A DNA stretch of 30,396 nucleotides. Origin: a virus (lineage: Duplodnaviria; Caudoviricetes). Below are positions 1-10,142 of this stretch, one piece after another. The stretch is taken from the IMG/VR virus record IMGVR_UViG_3300048577_000466, positions 1 through 30,396 of that record, one strand, 5' to 3'. The translations under genes were made by a program, and so were the position numbers. Every line of letters begins with the position of its first letter. Positions within the stretch are counted from its first letter, which is position 1. A model generated the notes under the pieces. That model saw only the letters and a list, made by a program, of their open reading frames with translations, ran no database searches and was not told the origin of the DNA.

Positions 1-627
1 ATGCGGTCAAAGCTCTTCCTCAGCCTCTCCCTACTGTCGCTCTCGTTGCTGGCACAATCGCCTGTGGCAACAACCACGCAACCCTGCGCCGTCACCGTGC
101 AATCACAGCAACCGAATTCTGAAGCGGCTTGGCTTCAATTGGTGAAACTCTTCGTCCCGCCCATCCTTGCCACATGCTTAGGTGCAGGCATTACGTTGTT
201 GGGCATACGGATGAACAATAAGCACAATGAGAAACAGAGCATGAAGGCCGAATTGAGAAAACTGCAAATCGAAGCCTACAATGATTGCATTGGATTGCTC
301 GTTGAGCTGAGGTCTCTGTCATTGTCCGTTCAAGAACACCACACGGCCCTAACAGACAACCCCAGCGCAGAAAATCAATCAGCATTCATAAACTGTGACA
401 ATACGATGACAAATGCGACATTGCGACTAATGAAATCCCTCAATCTCCTCACCTTGTCTCGCTCAACCGCTGGGGCGGAATCATTTAGGCAGCACGGCGC
501 AAAGCTCGCCCGACGAATCAAATGGGGAGAAGAGAAGGCATTCGATCAATATCTGGATGATCTTTCAGTATGTCAGATGGCGCTTGTCAAAGCGGGAACG
601 ACTGACATTTGGGGTGAGAAGCCTTGA
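1..627 (+). CDS. Accessory membrane-anchored hypothetical protein
   Basis: Signal-peptide-like N-terminus, second hydrophobic segment (LFVPPILATCLGAGITLLGI), then a helical region; opposite strand to the late genes. Confidence 0.75.
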   Translation: MRSKLFLSLSLLSLSLLAQSPVATTTQPCAVTVQSQQPNSEAAWLQLVKLFVPPILATCLGAGITLLGIRMNNKHNEKQSMKAELRKLQIEAYNDCIGLLVELRSLSLSVQEHHTALTDNPSAENQSAFINCDNTMTNATLRLMKSLNLLTLSRSTAGAESFRQHGAKLARRIKWGEEKAFDQYLDDLSVCQMALVKAGTTDIWGEKP

Positions 628-641
628 CATTGTGTCGGTGC

Positions 642-938
642 CTAAGACCAGAATCCCAAGATCAGTTTCTTTAGCGCTTCCAAAGCTCCGTCCCACTTGA
701 CACCAAGCACTGTGACCGCCGTGACGCAGACGATAGCGACCATTTTCACGAGCGATGCAGAAGACACCTTGACAGATCCGGACATCTCATCGACCTTAGC
801 CCGCAATGTGCTGATGCTGGCATCACGTTCACGCATGGCTGACTTCAATTCCGTAATGTCTGTCACGATGGTCGTGATTTTGTTGTTCATTTGGTCGAGG
901 GTGTCCATGATGCGTTCGACGATTTTATCCGTGTCCAT
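642..938 (-). CDS. Holin-like small membrane protein (coiled coil plus C-terminal TM helix)
   Basis: Last gene of the late module; coiled coil followed by LVKMVAIVCVTAVTVLGV; start placed at ATG 938, downstream of the ATAAATA box. Confidence 0.55.
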   Translation of the reverse strand: MDTDKIVERIMDTLDQMNNKITTIVTDITELKSAMRERDASISTLRAKVDEMSGSVKVSSASLVKMVAIVCVTAVTVLGVKWDGALEALKKLILGFWS

Positions 939-954
939 TTCAGATGATCCTGTA

Positions 955-1185
955 CTATTTATTGTCATGACTCATTTCAACCAACGTTTTTAGGTCTGCT
1001 GAGAGTTGATAATTGTCTCCAACTCCATGAATTATTCTCAATAGTGCCTGCACACCATATACTTGATTCATTAAATTCTGTGTATACTGCTGTTGCAGTG
1101 CCGCACAATCTTTTTCGTAGGCGGCATCTGCATCAGCTTTCAGTTTTTGGATTAGTGTAATTTGCTCTTCTGTAAGTTCGATCAT
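955..1185 (-). CDS. Hypothetical phage protein (possible tail fibre chaperone)
   Basis: 76 aa; ATG lies 1 nt after the stop of the large tail gene. Confidence 0.7.
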   Translation of the reverse strand: MIELTEEQITLIQKLKADADAAYEKDCAALQQQYTQNLMNQVYGVQALLRIIHGVGDNYQLSADLKTLVEMSHDNK

Positions 1186-1186
1186 A

Positions 1187-4100
1187 TTAACTACCTGTAT
1201 AACCAGTATTCGGATCGGTGCTTGAGACTGCCTTGATCCAACGTGTTCCAGACGGCGTCAAAACTTCAACGTCTTCTGTATTGATCGTGTGCCTGTGAGA
1301 CGCTGGTGTTCTGGCATTTGACAATCTTGAATCATCACCAGCACAGACAGTGCCAGATGACGTGCCAACATTGAGACCCGAGGAATTGCCAAATGTCGGT
1401 TTGCTGGTAATGTCCCCCCACTGCACACCGTACACACGAGATGCGGATACGGTGCCAGCCGTGTAGATTCCGTTGCTATCCCACCATCCAACTTGTAGGG
1501 CCCCACTGTACCTAATAAGTGATCCAGTCCATTGCAGGCTGCCTGTATACATCTGCGATGCTGTGACGCCTGTGGAATTGATCACTAAGGAACTACTGCC
1601 GCCGCCAACAGTGCCGCCCTTGATCGTAACTGATGTGGGGCTGACAGTCACATTGCTGGCAACACCACCAACCACAAGTGAATTAGTAGCGACAAGACCA
1701 GCCAGCAAGACAGATGTCTCAATAGCAACCATTTTGAAGGTGCCACTGCTTTTGCTGAAAACCGAAGTGTCGAAGTTCTGAGCCTTCAACATATCGACCA
1801 CGTTTTGAGAGATTGCACCTGTCGATGGATCAAATGCAAAATCAGTGCTGTTGATTAGAGGTTGTAGTTTTCCACCAGTAACCGTAAGACCCTTCAACTT
1901 GGAAGTATCTGAAGCAGTCAAGTCGAGACCAGCCGAAGCCGACAATGTGACTGTAGATGACGTCACATATGCACCCGGCGTGCCATCTTTGTTTTCGCCA
2001 GCGACACGGACACGAACATATTGCGTGGATTTATCCCAATCAAACCAGTCCGTAGAACTGACAAGAGTTGTTCTGTAGACAGGTCCAAGAGGAATCCAGT
2101 CAGTGATCGGATTCGTTAGACCTGAGTCGTACCAAAAGCGCATCTCACGAATGTACTGCTCTGTCGTGCCCAATGCGGCATTTGCTGAGACAGTGATGGT
2201 CGGTCGGAATTTCGGCACGCCAGCAATTGTAGAAGTCGCCAACGTAAATGACACTCCTGTTGGTGCTGGTGGTGCGGTCACTGGATCAACTGTCCCAATT
2301 GTCGATGACGTGATCCAATTACCTACGCCACCAGTCGAATTCAACGAGCGAATTCGCATTTTGGCATACGAAATGTAAGTATGACGATCAAATGGTCCGA
2401 ATGGTGTTTTGTCTGTCCAGTCAAGACGGTTGCCTAAGTCGATCCATTCCGAATCAGGCGTTGTTGTTGCACCCGAATCCAAATAGAACCTTGCCTGTGC
2501 CTGATAGCCAATGATTGCAGGATCAGTTGGATTAGTAAACGATGGCGTAATTGTGAACGATACGTTGTTGCCGCCAATGGTAAACGAAACGCCTGTGATG
2601 TCTGATGGCTGTTGATAGCTCACAGCCTTTGGCACAAGCGCACCCGTGCCCGACATAGTGACCCACGCAGATGCCTGACCATTGCCGTTGACGGCCTTCG
2701 CCCGTGCGAAAACATAACGATCAACTGTCTGCCGGGCGAATGGACCGATGGTCACACTGGTTGTATTTTTGCCGTTTTGGTCGGCTGTGGTCGGTGCTTG
2801 CCAACCAGTGCTGAGCAATGTGCCAGTCGGTGTGTCGAGATACTGAACCTCAATTGCATAGCCCACATTGCCGCCTTTGTTCGATGGCAAGGTCCATGTC
2901 GGTGTCAGCGAAAACACATCTGGCTTCGACGAGTCAACAGCAATGGTGATGCCAGTAGGAGCAACAGGAGCATCACTGACACTTACAGCACCATCAATCA
3001 TCGACTGCGTGATTGAGATTGCAATCCAGCTTGAACCATTTGCCAACGTGTGATCTTTATAACCAAGTTGACCATTCGTAGAAACTGACAAAACGTGGAA
3101 ATACAGAGTTGTCGGTGCCGAAGGCTTGTCCATGTTGACCGATACAACTTGCAAGTTGCCAGGAGGATCTAATGCGGGATTGCTGGTGTACGGCTGTGCT
3201 GGATAAGACAGCACTTGACCATCAGCCAATTCGATCATTGGCAACGCAGCAATTAGCGGTGTGACTCTCGATGGCGGCTGTGGGTATGGCGGTGCGTATT
3301 GTACGGACACATCCATAGTGCCGTCAGAATTGGACACGACCATGTATCCAGATCCGTTGTAATTGGTGTTGAGCGTGACGTCATCCAATGTGGCGTCAAT
3401 CGGCAATGCAGTAATTGCACTACGTGCCGATGTTGTGACCCATGTAGATTTTGTATTTTCAAAGTTGATCAGAGCAATTCTTGCTTCAACTTCGAATTCG
3501 CCAGAACGTTTTTCGAATGGACCATCTGTTGCTGTCAGTGACGATGCCAAATCAAGTGTTACACCTGTTGTGACCCAATCACTGTCAAGCACCCAGACGC
3601 CACTTGTCTTAGTCCAATAACGCACTTGTCGAATTGTTCCTGTCGCAGTTCCAATGTTCGACGGATTTGTCCAAGCCCAATTGAAACCAAATTGTTCATT
3701 CAGGTCATTGAGAGTGAATGCCAGACTTGCAACAGGTGGTGGCGCAGCAATGGGCACACGCTGATCCGACAACGGCACTGTGTTGTATGCGGTCCATGTG
3801 GTCGTTCCAACATTGCTGAATGCACCCGCCGTGTTGCTCGACAAAATGCAATCCGAGAATCGGACATTGCAGGTATCTGCTTTCACGCCATAGCCTGTGT
3901 TTGCAGTGCTCTGAGTGTTCGTGATTGCGATGTCTGTCACACGCTTCACACTGATGCCGTCCACAGAGTTACCTGTTGCAATGCAGTCTGTGATGTTGGC
4001 GACAGGAATCAATCCAGCCGTGGCATTGTTCAGGATGCCGACACCTGTTGTGCAACCTGTGACTGTGCAGGCGTTGTAGATAACCGACGTCGGCACACCT

Positions 4101-6811
4101 GCACCAGTGTCAGAGATAGCCATGATGCCGCCTGCTTTGCCGTCTTTGGCAGTCACAGCGTCAGCAGTGATGGTTCCTGTGCAATTGCTGAAGTACAGCA
4201 GGTTATCGACGGCATTTGCTTGGTTGGTCTTGTTGCCATCGAGGATGACGCCCTCGATGTATGGTTCAACACAGTTGGTCACCAGCAACAGACAGGAACC
4301 TGCTGGTGCATTTGCTTTCTGCTTCAGCGTGCCGCCGCCGTAGATGTAGGGCGAGGTCTTGCCAGATACGTACACACCATTCGTAAGGAACGTGTACCCG
4401 GCAGGAATCTTCAATGTCGTGTTGTCGTTGATGGCGTTCTGGACTGCCAGAGAATCATCAGCCACACCGTCACCAAGTGCGCCGTAGTCGAGAGGAGTTT
4501 TCTCAACAGCGTCCTCAAAGTACAGTTGCAAGCTGTCGATGTCGATGGAGCCCGACTGAAGCTTTCCAATGAAGGCAAAGAACGACAGATACACAGCGCC
4601 TGCCGGGGCCACTCCGTGGCCCGTCAAGTGTGTCCAGGTGCTCGTAGTGCCCTCTGGATACGAGAACACGAAACCACCGAGATATGTCTGTGCTGCGTTG
4701 TAGAAGCCTACCTGTGTATAGAGGTTGTTGCCTGCTGCCTTGACCGCCGAATTCGTGCGATACCAACCCTCAAACTTGAAGGATTGACCTTCGACGACTG
4801 GGAAGAATCCAGAACCGTTGTAGCTGTGTTTTACGGATGCTGCGATGGATTGACCACCAGCGATGCGTAAGAACTTGCTGCCCGACTTTGCGCCGCCAGT
4901 CTGAATGCTTACGTACGAGGTCAACGGAACTTCGACGTTCCACTCTTCCAGCGCTCTTTCGAAGTCTGGATTGAGCAGAAGGTTTGCGCCCACGGTCTGT
5001 TGTGACGGTGCGCCCTTGTACATGCGGATTGCGTCGATGTCCACTGTGCCGTTGACGAGCTTGCCCCAGACGGCAATCAAGGATGCCCTGGTCGCATTCT
5101 CTGGCACCTGACCTGAGACACGGAAGAACGTCCAATCGTACGTTCCAAGTGGAACTGTGGATTGGATGGAAGAAATGTAGGTTCCCGATGCCGATTGAAA
5201 ATTGATCTGTGGCGACGAGATGCCTTCACCACCTGAACCAAGCGCATAACCATTGGTCCTAATCCAATACTCGACTGTGTACCAATCACCAGCAGCGACA
5301 GGGAATGAATGGTCGCTGTATTGGCTCACGTCACCATAGGCGGTCATCGGCTCCAGGTGGAGATACTTGCTGCCAGACTTCGCACCAGTCGAGCCCACGG
5401 AAACACTGCTCGCAATGGGCGCATAGACAGTCCAACCGTCGAGGTCGTGTTCGAAATCAGCATTGACGACGATGTTGTCGCCAACCGACGCCAGACCAGA
5501 TGTGCTGCTCGATGTGTCTGGCGGTAGTGTGATCGTGCCTCCAGAGAGAACCGACTGACCTGTCATGGCTGAGAACGCATCAAAGCCATCGCTCAAGATG
5601 TTGCCTGATACACACTCGTACGACCGTCTGAGGATCTTGCCGAGTAGGTTTGTACGCACGGATCTGACGACGTAGTTCCCTGGTGGCACACCTGTGACAT
5701 TGATGTTGATGCGGTCACCGATCTGCGATGTGATTGTGTCGGACTCGAAGGTCACGACATAAGAGATGTGCTTGTACTTTTCGAGCAGGCGGTCAGCAAT
5801 GGATTGTGCATCGGTGATGGTCGTGTCGTCGCTGACGTTGATGTTTTTCACGAACACGCCACTGCCGCCAACGAGCGCCTGCATTGCCGCAACGCCATCA
5901 GCATCAACAGCGTCTTTGACGTCGATCACTCGACCACGATAGTCAACGACGATGGTTGCGCCTGACGCTGGTGCAGTCGTGAATGTAATCTCTCGACCAC
6001 CAGCAGTCCAATAGACTTGTTTGCCCGTGTCTTGGCCGAACACGCCGATGGTCTGCGTGGTTCCGTTGACCTTGACTGTCGGCTGTGAAGCTACAGGGTT
6101 ATTGACGCTGAAGTCGGTCTGCGTGGCATTGCCAGTAAATGTCTGGCTGAAGTCTTTGATGAAATTGGAATACCGAACAATGATGGTGTTAGCGTACTGC
6201 TCTAATGTTGCCCGTGACGCCAATGTCTGCGCACGCACATTATGACTTGTGTCGGTGACGACAGCACTGATGATTCCTGCGTCCCAGTTGCCGAATTGAA
6301 GAGTCTTGGTGTAATCAATCTTCCAGAATTTCTTGTACAAAGTTGCCAGAGTGTTTAACGCATCGGTCAGTGTCGTATAGACGGGATTGAACACTTCTGT
6401 CGTCAGATCACCAGCGCCAGCAGGAACCATTGAAAGATTGACGCCATCAGCACTCATCGGACTGTTGGTGATGAGATCACGAACGATGTTATTCAGTCGA
6501 GTGTCTTTTGCCCATTCATATTCACCACTCGAATACCGAGACGGCAACGCATTCCAATCTTGAGCCGAAATGGACATGACACGAGTATTGCCATGTACAA
6601 GTTTGATGCTTGTGTCCGTCACAAATCCAGCGAACAGAATTAGCGCATCATCTGTGATTGAGATGGTCTCGCCAACTGGAATGGTAAGAGTGCCGAGTAC
6701 ATCTGGCAGAACAAGCTCACAGGTGCCAACTTGACCCAAGGTGCTTGAGATGGAAAGTGATGATTCTGCAATATGGTGAGTTGTGGAGCCGATTGTTACT
6801 GTCAAAGACAT
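1187..6811 (-). CDS. Large multidomain tail tip / receptor-binding protein
   Basis: Follows the tape measure gene; hub-like N-terminus, two CBM-like repeats (N-x-x-x-N-x-DFE...W), beta-helix cap motif DYGALGDGVADDS, four FN3/Ig-like repeats, C-terminal GDDSRLSNAR fibre motif. Confidence 0.85.
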   Translation of the reverse strand: MSLTVTIGSTTHHIAESSLSISSTLGQVGTCELVLPDVLGTLTIPVGETISITDDALILFAGFVTDTSIKLVHGNTRVMSISAQDWNALPSRYSSGEYEWAKDTRLNNIVRDLITNSPMSADGVNLSMVPAGAGDLTTEVFNPVYTTLTDALNTLATLYKKFWKIDYTKTLQFGNWDAGIISAVVTDTSHNVRAQTLASRATLEQYANTIIVRYSNFIKDFSQTFTGNATQTDFSVNNPVASQPTVKVNGTTQTIGVFGQDTGKQVYWTAGGREITFTTAPASGATIVVDYRGRVIDVKDAVDADGVAAMQALVGGSGVFVKNINVSDDTTITDAQSIADRLLEKYKHISYVVTFESDTITSQIGDRININVTGVPPGNYVVRSVRTNLLGKILRRSYECVSGNILSDGFDAFSAMTGQSVLSGGTITLPPDTSSSTSGLASVGDNIVVNADFEHDLDGWTVYAPIASSVSVGSTGAKSGSKYLHLEPMTAYGDVSQYSDHSFPVAAGDWYTVEYWIRTNGYALGSGGEGISSPQINFQSASGTYISSIQSTVPLGTYDWTFFRVSGQVPENATRASLIAVWGKLVNGTVDIDAIRMYKGAPSQQTVGANLLLNPDFERALEEWNVEVPLTSYVSIQTGGAKSGSKFLRIAGGQSIAASVKHSYNGSGFFPVVEGQSFKFEGWYRTNSAVKAAGNNLYTQVGFYNAAQTYLGGFVFSYPEGTTSTWTHLTGHGVAPAGAVYLSFFAFIGKLQSGSIDIDSLQLYFEDAVEKTPLDYGALGDGVADDSLAVQNAINDNTTLKIPAGYTFLTNGVYVSGKTSPYIYGGGTLKQKANAPAGSCLLLVTNCVEPYIEGVILDGNKTNQANAVDNLLYFSNCTGTITADAVTAKDGKAGGIMAISDTGAGVPTSVIYNACTVTGCTTGVGILNNATAGLIPVANITDCIATGNSVDGISVKRVTDIAITNTQSTANTGYGVKADTCNVRFSDCILSSNTAGAFSNVGTTTWTAYNTVPLSDQRVPIAAPPPVASLAFTLNDLNEQFGFNWAWTNPSNIGTATGTIRQVRYWTKTSGVWVLDSDWVTTGVTLDLASSLTATDGPFEKRSGEFEVEARIALINFENTKSTWVTTSARSAITALPIDATLDDVTLNTNYNGSGYMVVSNSDGTMDVSVQYAPPYPQPPSRVTPLIAALPMIELADGQVLSYPAQPYTSNPALDPPGNLQVVSVNMDKPSAPTTLYFHVLSVSTNGQLGYKDHTLANGSSWIAISITQSMIDGAVSVSDAPVAPTGITIAVDSSKPDVFSLTPTWTLPSNKGGNVGYAIEVQYLDTPTGTLLSTGWQAPTTADQNGKNTTSVTIGPFARQTVDRYVFARAKAVNGNGQASAWVTMSGTGALVPKAVSYQQPSDITGVSFTIGGNNVSFTITPSFTNPTDPAIIGYQAQARFYLDSGATTTPDSEWIDLGNRLDWTDKTPFGPFDRHTYISYAKMRIRSLNSTGGVGNWITSSTIGTVDPVTAPPAPTGVSFTLATSTIAGVPKFRPTITVSANAALGTTEQYIREMRFWYDSGLTNPITDWIPLGPVYRTTLVSSTDWFDWDKSTQYVRVRVAGENKDGTPGAYVTSSTVTLSASAGLDLTASDTSKLKGLTVTGGKLQPLINSTDFAFDPSTGAISQNVVDMLKAQNFDTSVFSKSSGTFKMVAIETSVLLAGLVATNSLVVGGVASNVTVSPTSVTIKGGTVGGGSSSLVINSTGVTASQMYTGSLQWTGSLIRYSGALQVGWWDSNGIYTAGTVSASRVYGVQWGDITSKPTFGNSSGLNVGTSSGTVCAGDDSRLSNARTPASHRHTINTEDVEVLTPSGTRWIKAVSSTDPNTGYTGS

Positions 6812-6832
6812 GCCAGTATTTATGTGGAGACG

Positions 6833-6879
6833 AAAAAAGGGCGTCGGCAGGAGATAACGTAGGAGATGCCGACGCCCTT
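6833..6879 (-). terminator. Intrinsic terminator after the tape measure gene
   Basis: GGGCGTCGGCA/TGCCGACGCCC stem followed by T6 on the minus strand. Confidence 0.8.
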
Positions 6880-6913
6880 GGACGGTATGAACAATAGTAT
6901 GTATACGTTTCGA

Positions 6914-9457
6914 TTAGAGCTTCAGTCCTCGTGCTCGCAATCTACCAATAAAGGCATCAGTGAATGAGTCGAGCGCTCCGTCAGTCATGAAGTAACCACC
7001 ATTGACCACGACTTGCATGGTGCCACCAGCGCCGACAAGTGAGTTGTCAGCCATGCGGACACGGACCTCAGAATCAGGAAATGAGTACACACCAAGACCA
7101 CCTGTGATGAGTTGTTTGATTCTGTCCTCAACACCTTTCATGGCTGGCAAGTACTCATTGATCTGTTCGTTCAGACCTGTGGAATTACCAACCATGCCAC
7201 GGATGCCAGACTCGATGGCGTAAAGCTTCGAATTCATCTTCGACATCATGAACATGCTGCCGAGTGATCCGACTGCGCTGGCAATGCCAGAGACCATATT
7301 GACGGCACCAGCAATGCCGCCAATTGAGCCCAATGCACCACCAGCGCTCGAAGCTGCCGATGAGGCTGACTTGGCTGCTGATGAACCAATGTCAGCCGCC
7401 TTATCCACACCAGAGCCAAGGATCTTGCCGAGTCCGATTTTCTTCAAGCCGCCCCCAAGCACATCGACGATGCCATTGATGCGGTCTTTGGTCAGCACCA
7501 TCTTGGTCAGGATCTCAGCAATGATGGCTTTGCCGATCTGCTTCAACACGCTGACGGCAGTCTCTCCAAAGCCCTTCCAATTGACGATGGCTTCTGCAAT
7601 CGACTGATTCATGTTTGTCATGATTGTCGAGATTTCTTTTAGCACGCTGTCTTTCTGTTGATGTGAGCCACCACCTGTCTTGCCGTTGTAAACCTTCAGC
7701 AATTCCTCATACACACGACGGAATTCTTCCACACTGATTGCGCCCGACTGGTAAGCAGCAATGGTTGATTTCATTGCATCCTGGACCACGGTGCCTTTCA
7801 TCACTTCGTTGGTCTTGATGTTCAGTTCCTTGAGCCGGGACTGATACTTGAACATTGCCTCTGTGGTCTCGTCATAGGAAACCTTCATGCCTTTGGGCAA
7901 TTCCAGGTCAGTCAACTTGGCATTTGCACGAAGCATCTTTTCGAGGCCCGCCGCCACCTGATCGAGCGATGTAACCTGCTTTGCGTATTCTGCCGACTGT
8001 GCTGACAGTTCTGTGCGGAAACCAGCGCCAATCTGTAGCAACTCAGTTGTGAGTTGTTTGTCGAGTGCCTTGCTGGTGTAGTATGCGTCGAGCCACTTCT
8101 TAGCGTCCGTGTATCGTTCGCCGATCAAACCAAGCTCTGCTCTTTCCTGGATAGACAATTCCAGCTTGGCGTGTCCCGGCTGGTAATACTTAATGGTCTC
8201 TTCGTTCAGCCCTTTTTGAGCGGCAAGTTGCTTTTGGAGTGCTTCTGCACGCTTCTTTGACTCTGCTGCGCCGTCTACCCTGTCCACAGCTTCTTTTGCT
8301 TGACGTACCAGGGCTTCTTCTTGAGCTTTTAACTTTTTTTCAAGGGAGCCGTACAAAAGGTTATCGCTGTTTTTTTGCACTTGCTGACTATGCAGATATT
8401 CCTTGTAGCCAACAGCAGCAACACCGAGAGCCGCCATCGCTGCAACACCAGCAGGAGAAAACAAGAGCTTAAATGCGCCTACGCCCTGCAAATACGTGAA
8501 TGCTGTTGCGAGATCCTTGACGACTGTGATCACACCACCGATACCACTAATGATGAGCGGAGTGACAACCACACCAATTGCAAACTTCGTCCAGAATGCT
8601 TTTGCCTCTGGATCAAGTTTTGAGAATTGCTCAGCCATCTCACCGAGCTTGGCCGTCATACTCTCAATTTTGGGAATAAGCTCCTGAACCAGAGGCATGA
8701 GGTTCTTGCCAATCTGTGCAGATGACCGAGAAATGGCGTCTTGCAGATTCTCGAAAGTGTTCTTTGTTGAGTTGCCTGCGGCTGGTAGCTTCTCCAGTCC
8801 GGACACAACCGTGTCGATGAACTGAGACGTACTGACGCCCATCTTCTGGAGCGCTTCCGGGTCGATGGTGCCGAACGCTTCCTTGACGATCTTGGCAACC
8901 TGCGGCGTGGAATTCATGAGCGGCTTCAGGTCATCGGCGGTCACCTTGGTTTTTGCAGACATCTGCCGCAACTGTTCGATGACGCCCTGAAGCTCAGCTT
9001 TGCCCTTGCCGACGCCAGCAAGGGCGTTGCCGAATGCCTTGATGTAACGTTCTGCCTGCTGTGCCGACAGTCCTGCTGATTGGAGGTTCACCGACGCTCT
9101 GACGGCTTCTTCCAGACCGAGACCCGGCAACTTGGCAACCTCAACAAGTCGCTTCATCTGCGCCTGTGTCTCTTGTGCCGATCCAGCTACGCCACGGAGT
9201 GCCATCTCAAGCGACTCCATGTCCATAGCGGACTTGACCGCCAATGTGCCTGCGCCAATCAGTGGGAGTGAGATTGCGACTGATAGTTTTGTGCCGAGAC
9301 CTGTGAGGCGGTCACCGAGTTTATCCAAGTTGGCGAACTTGGTTTCGACGCCCTTGACGGTCTTTTCCGCTGTGGCGAGCACGCCAAGCATCGCATCTTG
9401 ATACCCGTCAATCTGAGCACCAACCTTTACAATTAAATCGCCTAATGTGTTCGCCAT
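6914..9457 (-). CDS. Tail tape measure protein
   Basis: 847 aa, Ala/Gly/Lys-rich and helical; MANTLGDLIVKVGA start and tape-measure-like domain; follows the chaperone pair. Confidence 0.9.
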   Translation of the reverse strand: MANTLGDLIVKVGAQIDGYQDAMLGVLATAEKTVKGVETKFANLDKLGDRLTGLGTKLSVAISLPLIGAGTLAVKSAMDMESLEMALRGVAGSAQETQAQMKRLVEVAKLPGLGLEEAVRASVNLQSAGLSAQQAERYIKAFGNALAGVGKGKAELQGVIEQLRQMSAKTKVTADDLKPLMNSTPQVAKIVKEAFGTIDPEALQKMGVSTSQFIDTVVSGLEKLPAAGNSTKNTFENLQDAISRSSAQIGKNLMPLVQELIPKIESMTAKLGEMAEQFSKLDPEAKAFWTKFAIGVVVTPLIISGIGGVITVVKDLATAFTYLQGVGAFKLLFSPAGVAAMAALGVAAVGYKEYLHSQQVQKNSDNLLYGSLEKKLKAQEEALVRQAKEAVDRVDGAAESKKRAEALQKQLAAQKGLNEETIKYYQPGHAKLELSIQERAELGLIGERYTDAKKWLDAYYTSKALDKQLTTELLQIGAGFRTELSAQSAEYAKQVTSLDQVAAGLEKMLRANAKLTDLELPKGMKVSYDETTEAMFKYQSRLKELNIKTNEVMKGTVVQDAMKSTIAAYQSGAISVEEFRRVYEELLKVYNGKTGGGSHQQKDSVLKEISTIMTNMNQSIAEAIVNWKGFGETAVSVLKQIGKAIIAEILTKMVLTKDRINGIVDVLGGGLKKIGLGKILGSGVDKAADIGSSAAKSASSAASSAGGALGSIGGIAGAVNMVSGIASAVGSLGSMFMMSKMNSKLYAIESGIRGMVGNSTGLNEQINEYLPAMKGVEDRIKQLITGGLGVYSFPDSEVRVRMADNSLVGAGGTMQVVVNGGYFMTDGALDSFTDAFIGRLRARGLKL

Positions 9458-9464
9458 AAATGAG

Positions 9465-9494
9465 AAAACCCCCGATGAACTATTTATCGGGGGT
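9465..9494 (-). terminator. Terminator hairpin containing an ATAAATA box
   Basis: ACCCCCGAT/ATCGGGGGT stem then TTTCTC; box at 9481-9487. Confidence 0.6.
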
Positions 9495-9839
9495 CTTGTT
9501 TAAGGCGGCGAACTGCTCAGCCCAGGCGAGCATCTGTTCTGGTGTTTGCTCTGGTGTCGCTTTCGCTAACTGCGTGATGGAAGGAAAGAATAAGTCGGGA
9601 CTGATCTTGGCTCCATTGTTGGTCTTGACGCCTTGACTCAGCGCAATGATTTCACACAGCTTGCCGAAGCGATAATCTTGATAAGCTTCTTGTTTGCGAT
9701 GTGAAGCGAACAAGGCATCTAATTCGACAAATGCAAGATCCCATAATTCATCATCAGACAGCTTTAATTGTGTTCTTGCGTCTGCCCACAGGACGAGCCA
9801 GTCTATTGGCTTGCTGTCTCGTCCTTTGGTGCGTTTGGG
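9480..9839 (-). CDS. Tail assembly chaperone, frameshifted C-terminal part (lambda gpGT-like)
   Basis: The -1 frame is open from the slippery site CCCAAAC (9833-9839) to the stop at 9480 and includes the 77-aa ORF. Confidence 0.8.
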   Translation of the reverse strand, partial: PKRTKGRDSKPIDWLVLWADARTQLKLSDDELWDLAFVELDALFASHRKQEAYQDYRFGKLCEIIALSQGVKTNNGAKISPDLFFPSITQLAKATPEQTPEQMLAWAEQFAALNKTPDK

Positions 9840-10138
9840 TCTGCATCGGTACTCATCGAGGCCGACAAGGCATTGAAGAAAGCAATTGCGAGACGTTCAA
9901 TGTCAGAAACTGGAAGATCTTCGATATCTTCGACTGTGACGTCTTTCTCAATGCATGACTCAACGATTGCTTGAGGCACGATTGTGTATAGAGGACGTTC
10001 TGCCACAGAGCCGTCGAATTTGATTCCATGCTTTTCATCGAGTCTGCGAAGAACACCAGTGGTGACGACGAGAGTGCGAAGCACGCCGTCACCAAAGATG
10101 TCTACCGAGACTTTTAGGCGGTCAGGGTAATTACGCAT
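9803..10138 (-). CDS. Tail assembly chaperone (lambda gpG-like)
   Basis: Between tail tube and tape measure genes; in-frame C CCA AAC near the 3' end. Confidence 0.85.
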   Translation of the reverse strand: MRNYPDRLKVSVDIFGDGVLRTLVVTTGVLRRLDEKHGIKFDGSVAERPLYTIVPQAIVESCIEKDVTVEDIEDLPVSDIERLAIAFFNALSASMSTDADPNAPKDETASQ

Positions 10139-10142
10139 ATTG

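Noticed and set aside
642-1185. Complete lysis cassette
   Set aside because: Only a holin-like gene is visible; no endolysin or spanin recognised, though they could lie outside the window
3626-4870. Long + strand ORFs (414 aa here; also 21335-22249, 10996-11709, 14343-15038, 15186-15812)
   Set aside because: Antisense shadows of well-supported minus-strand genes, with no recognisable motifs
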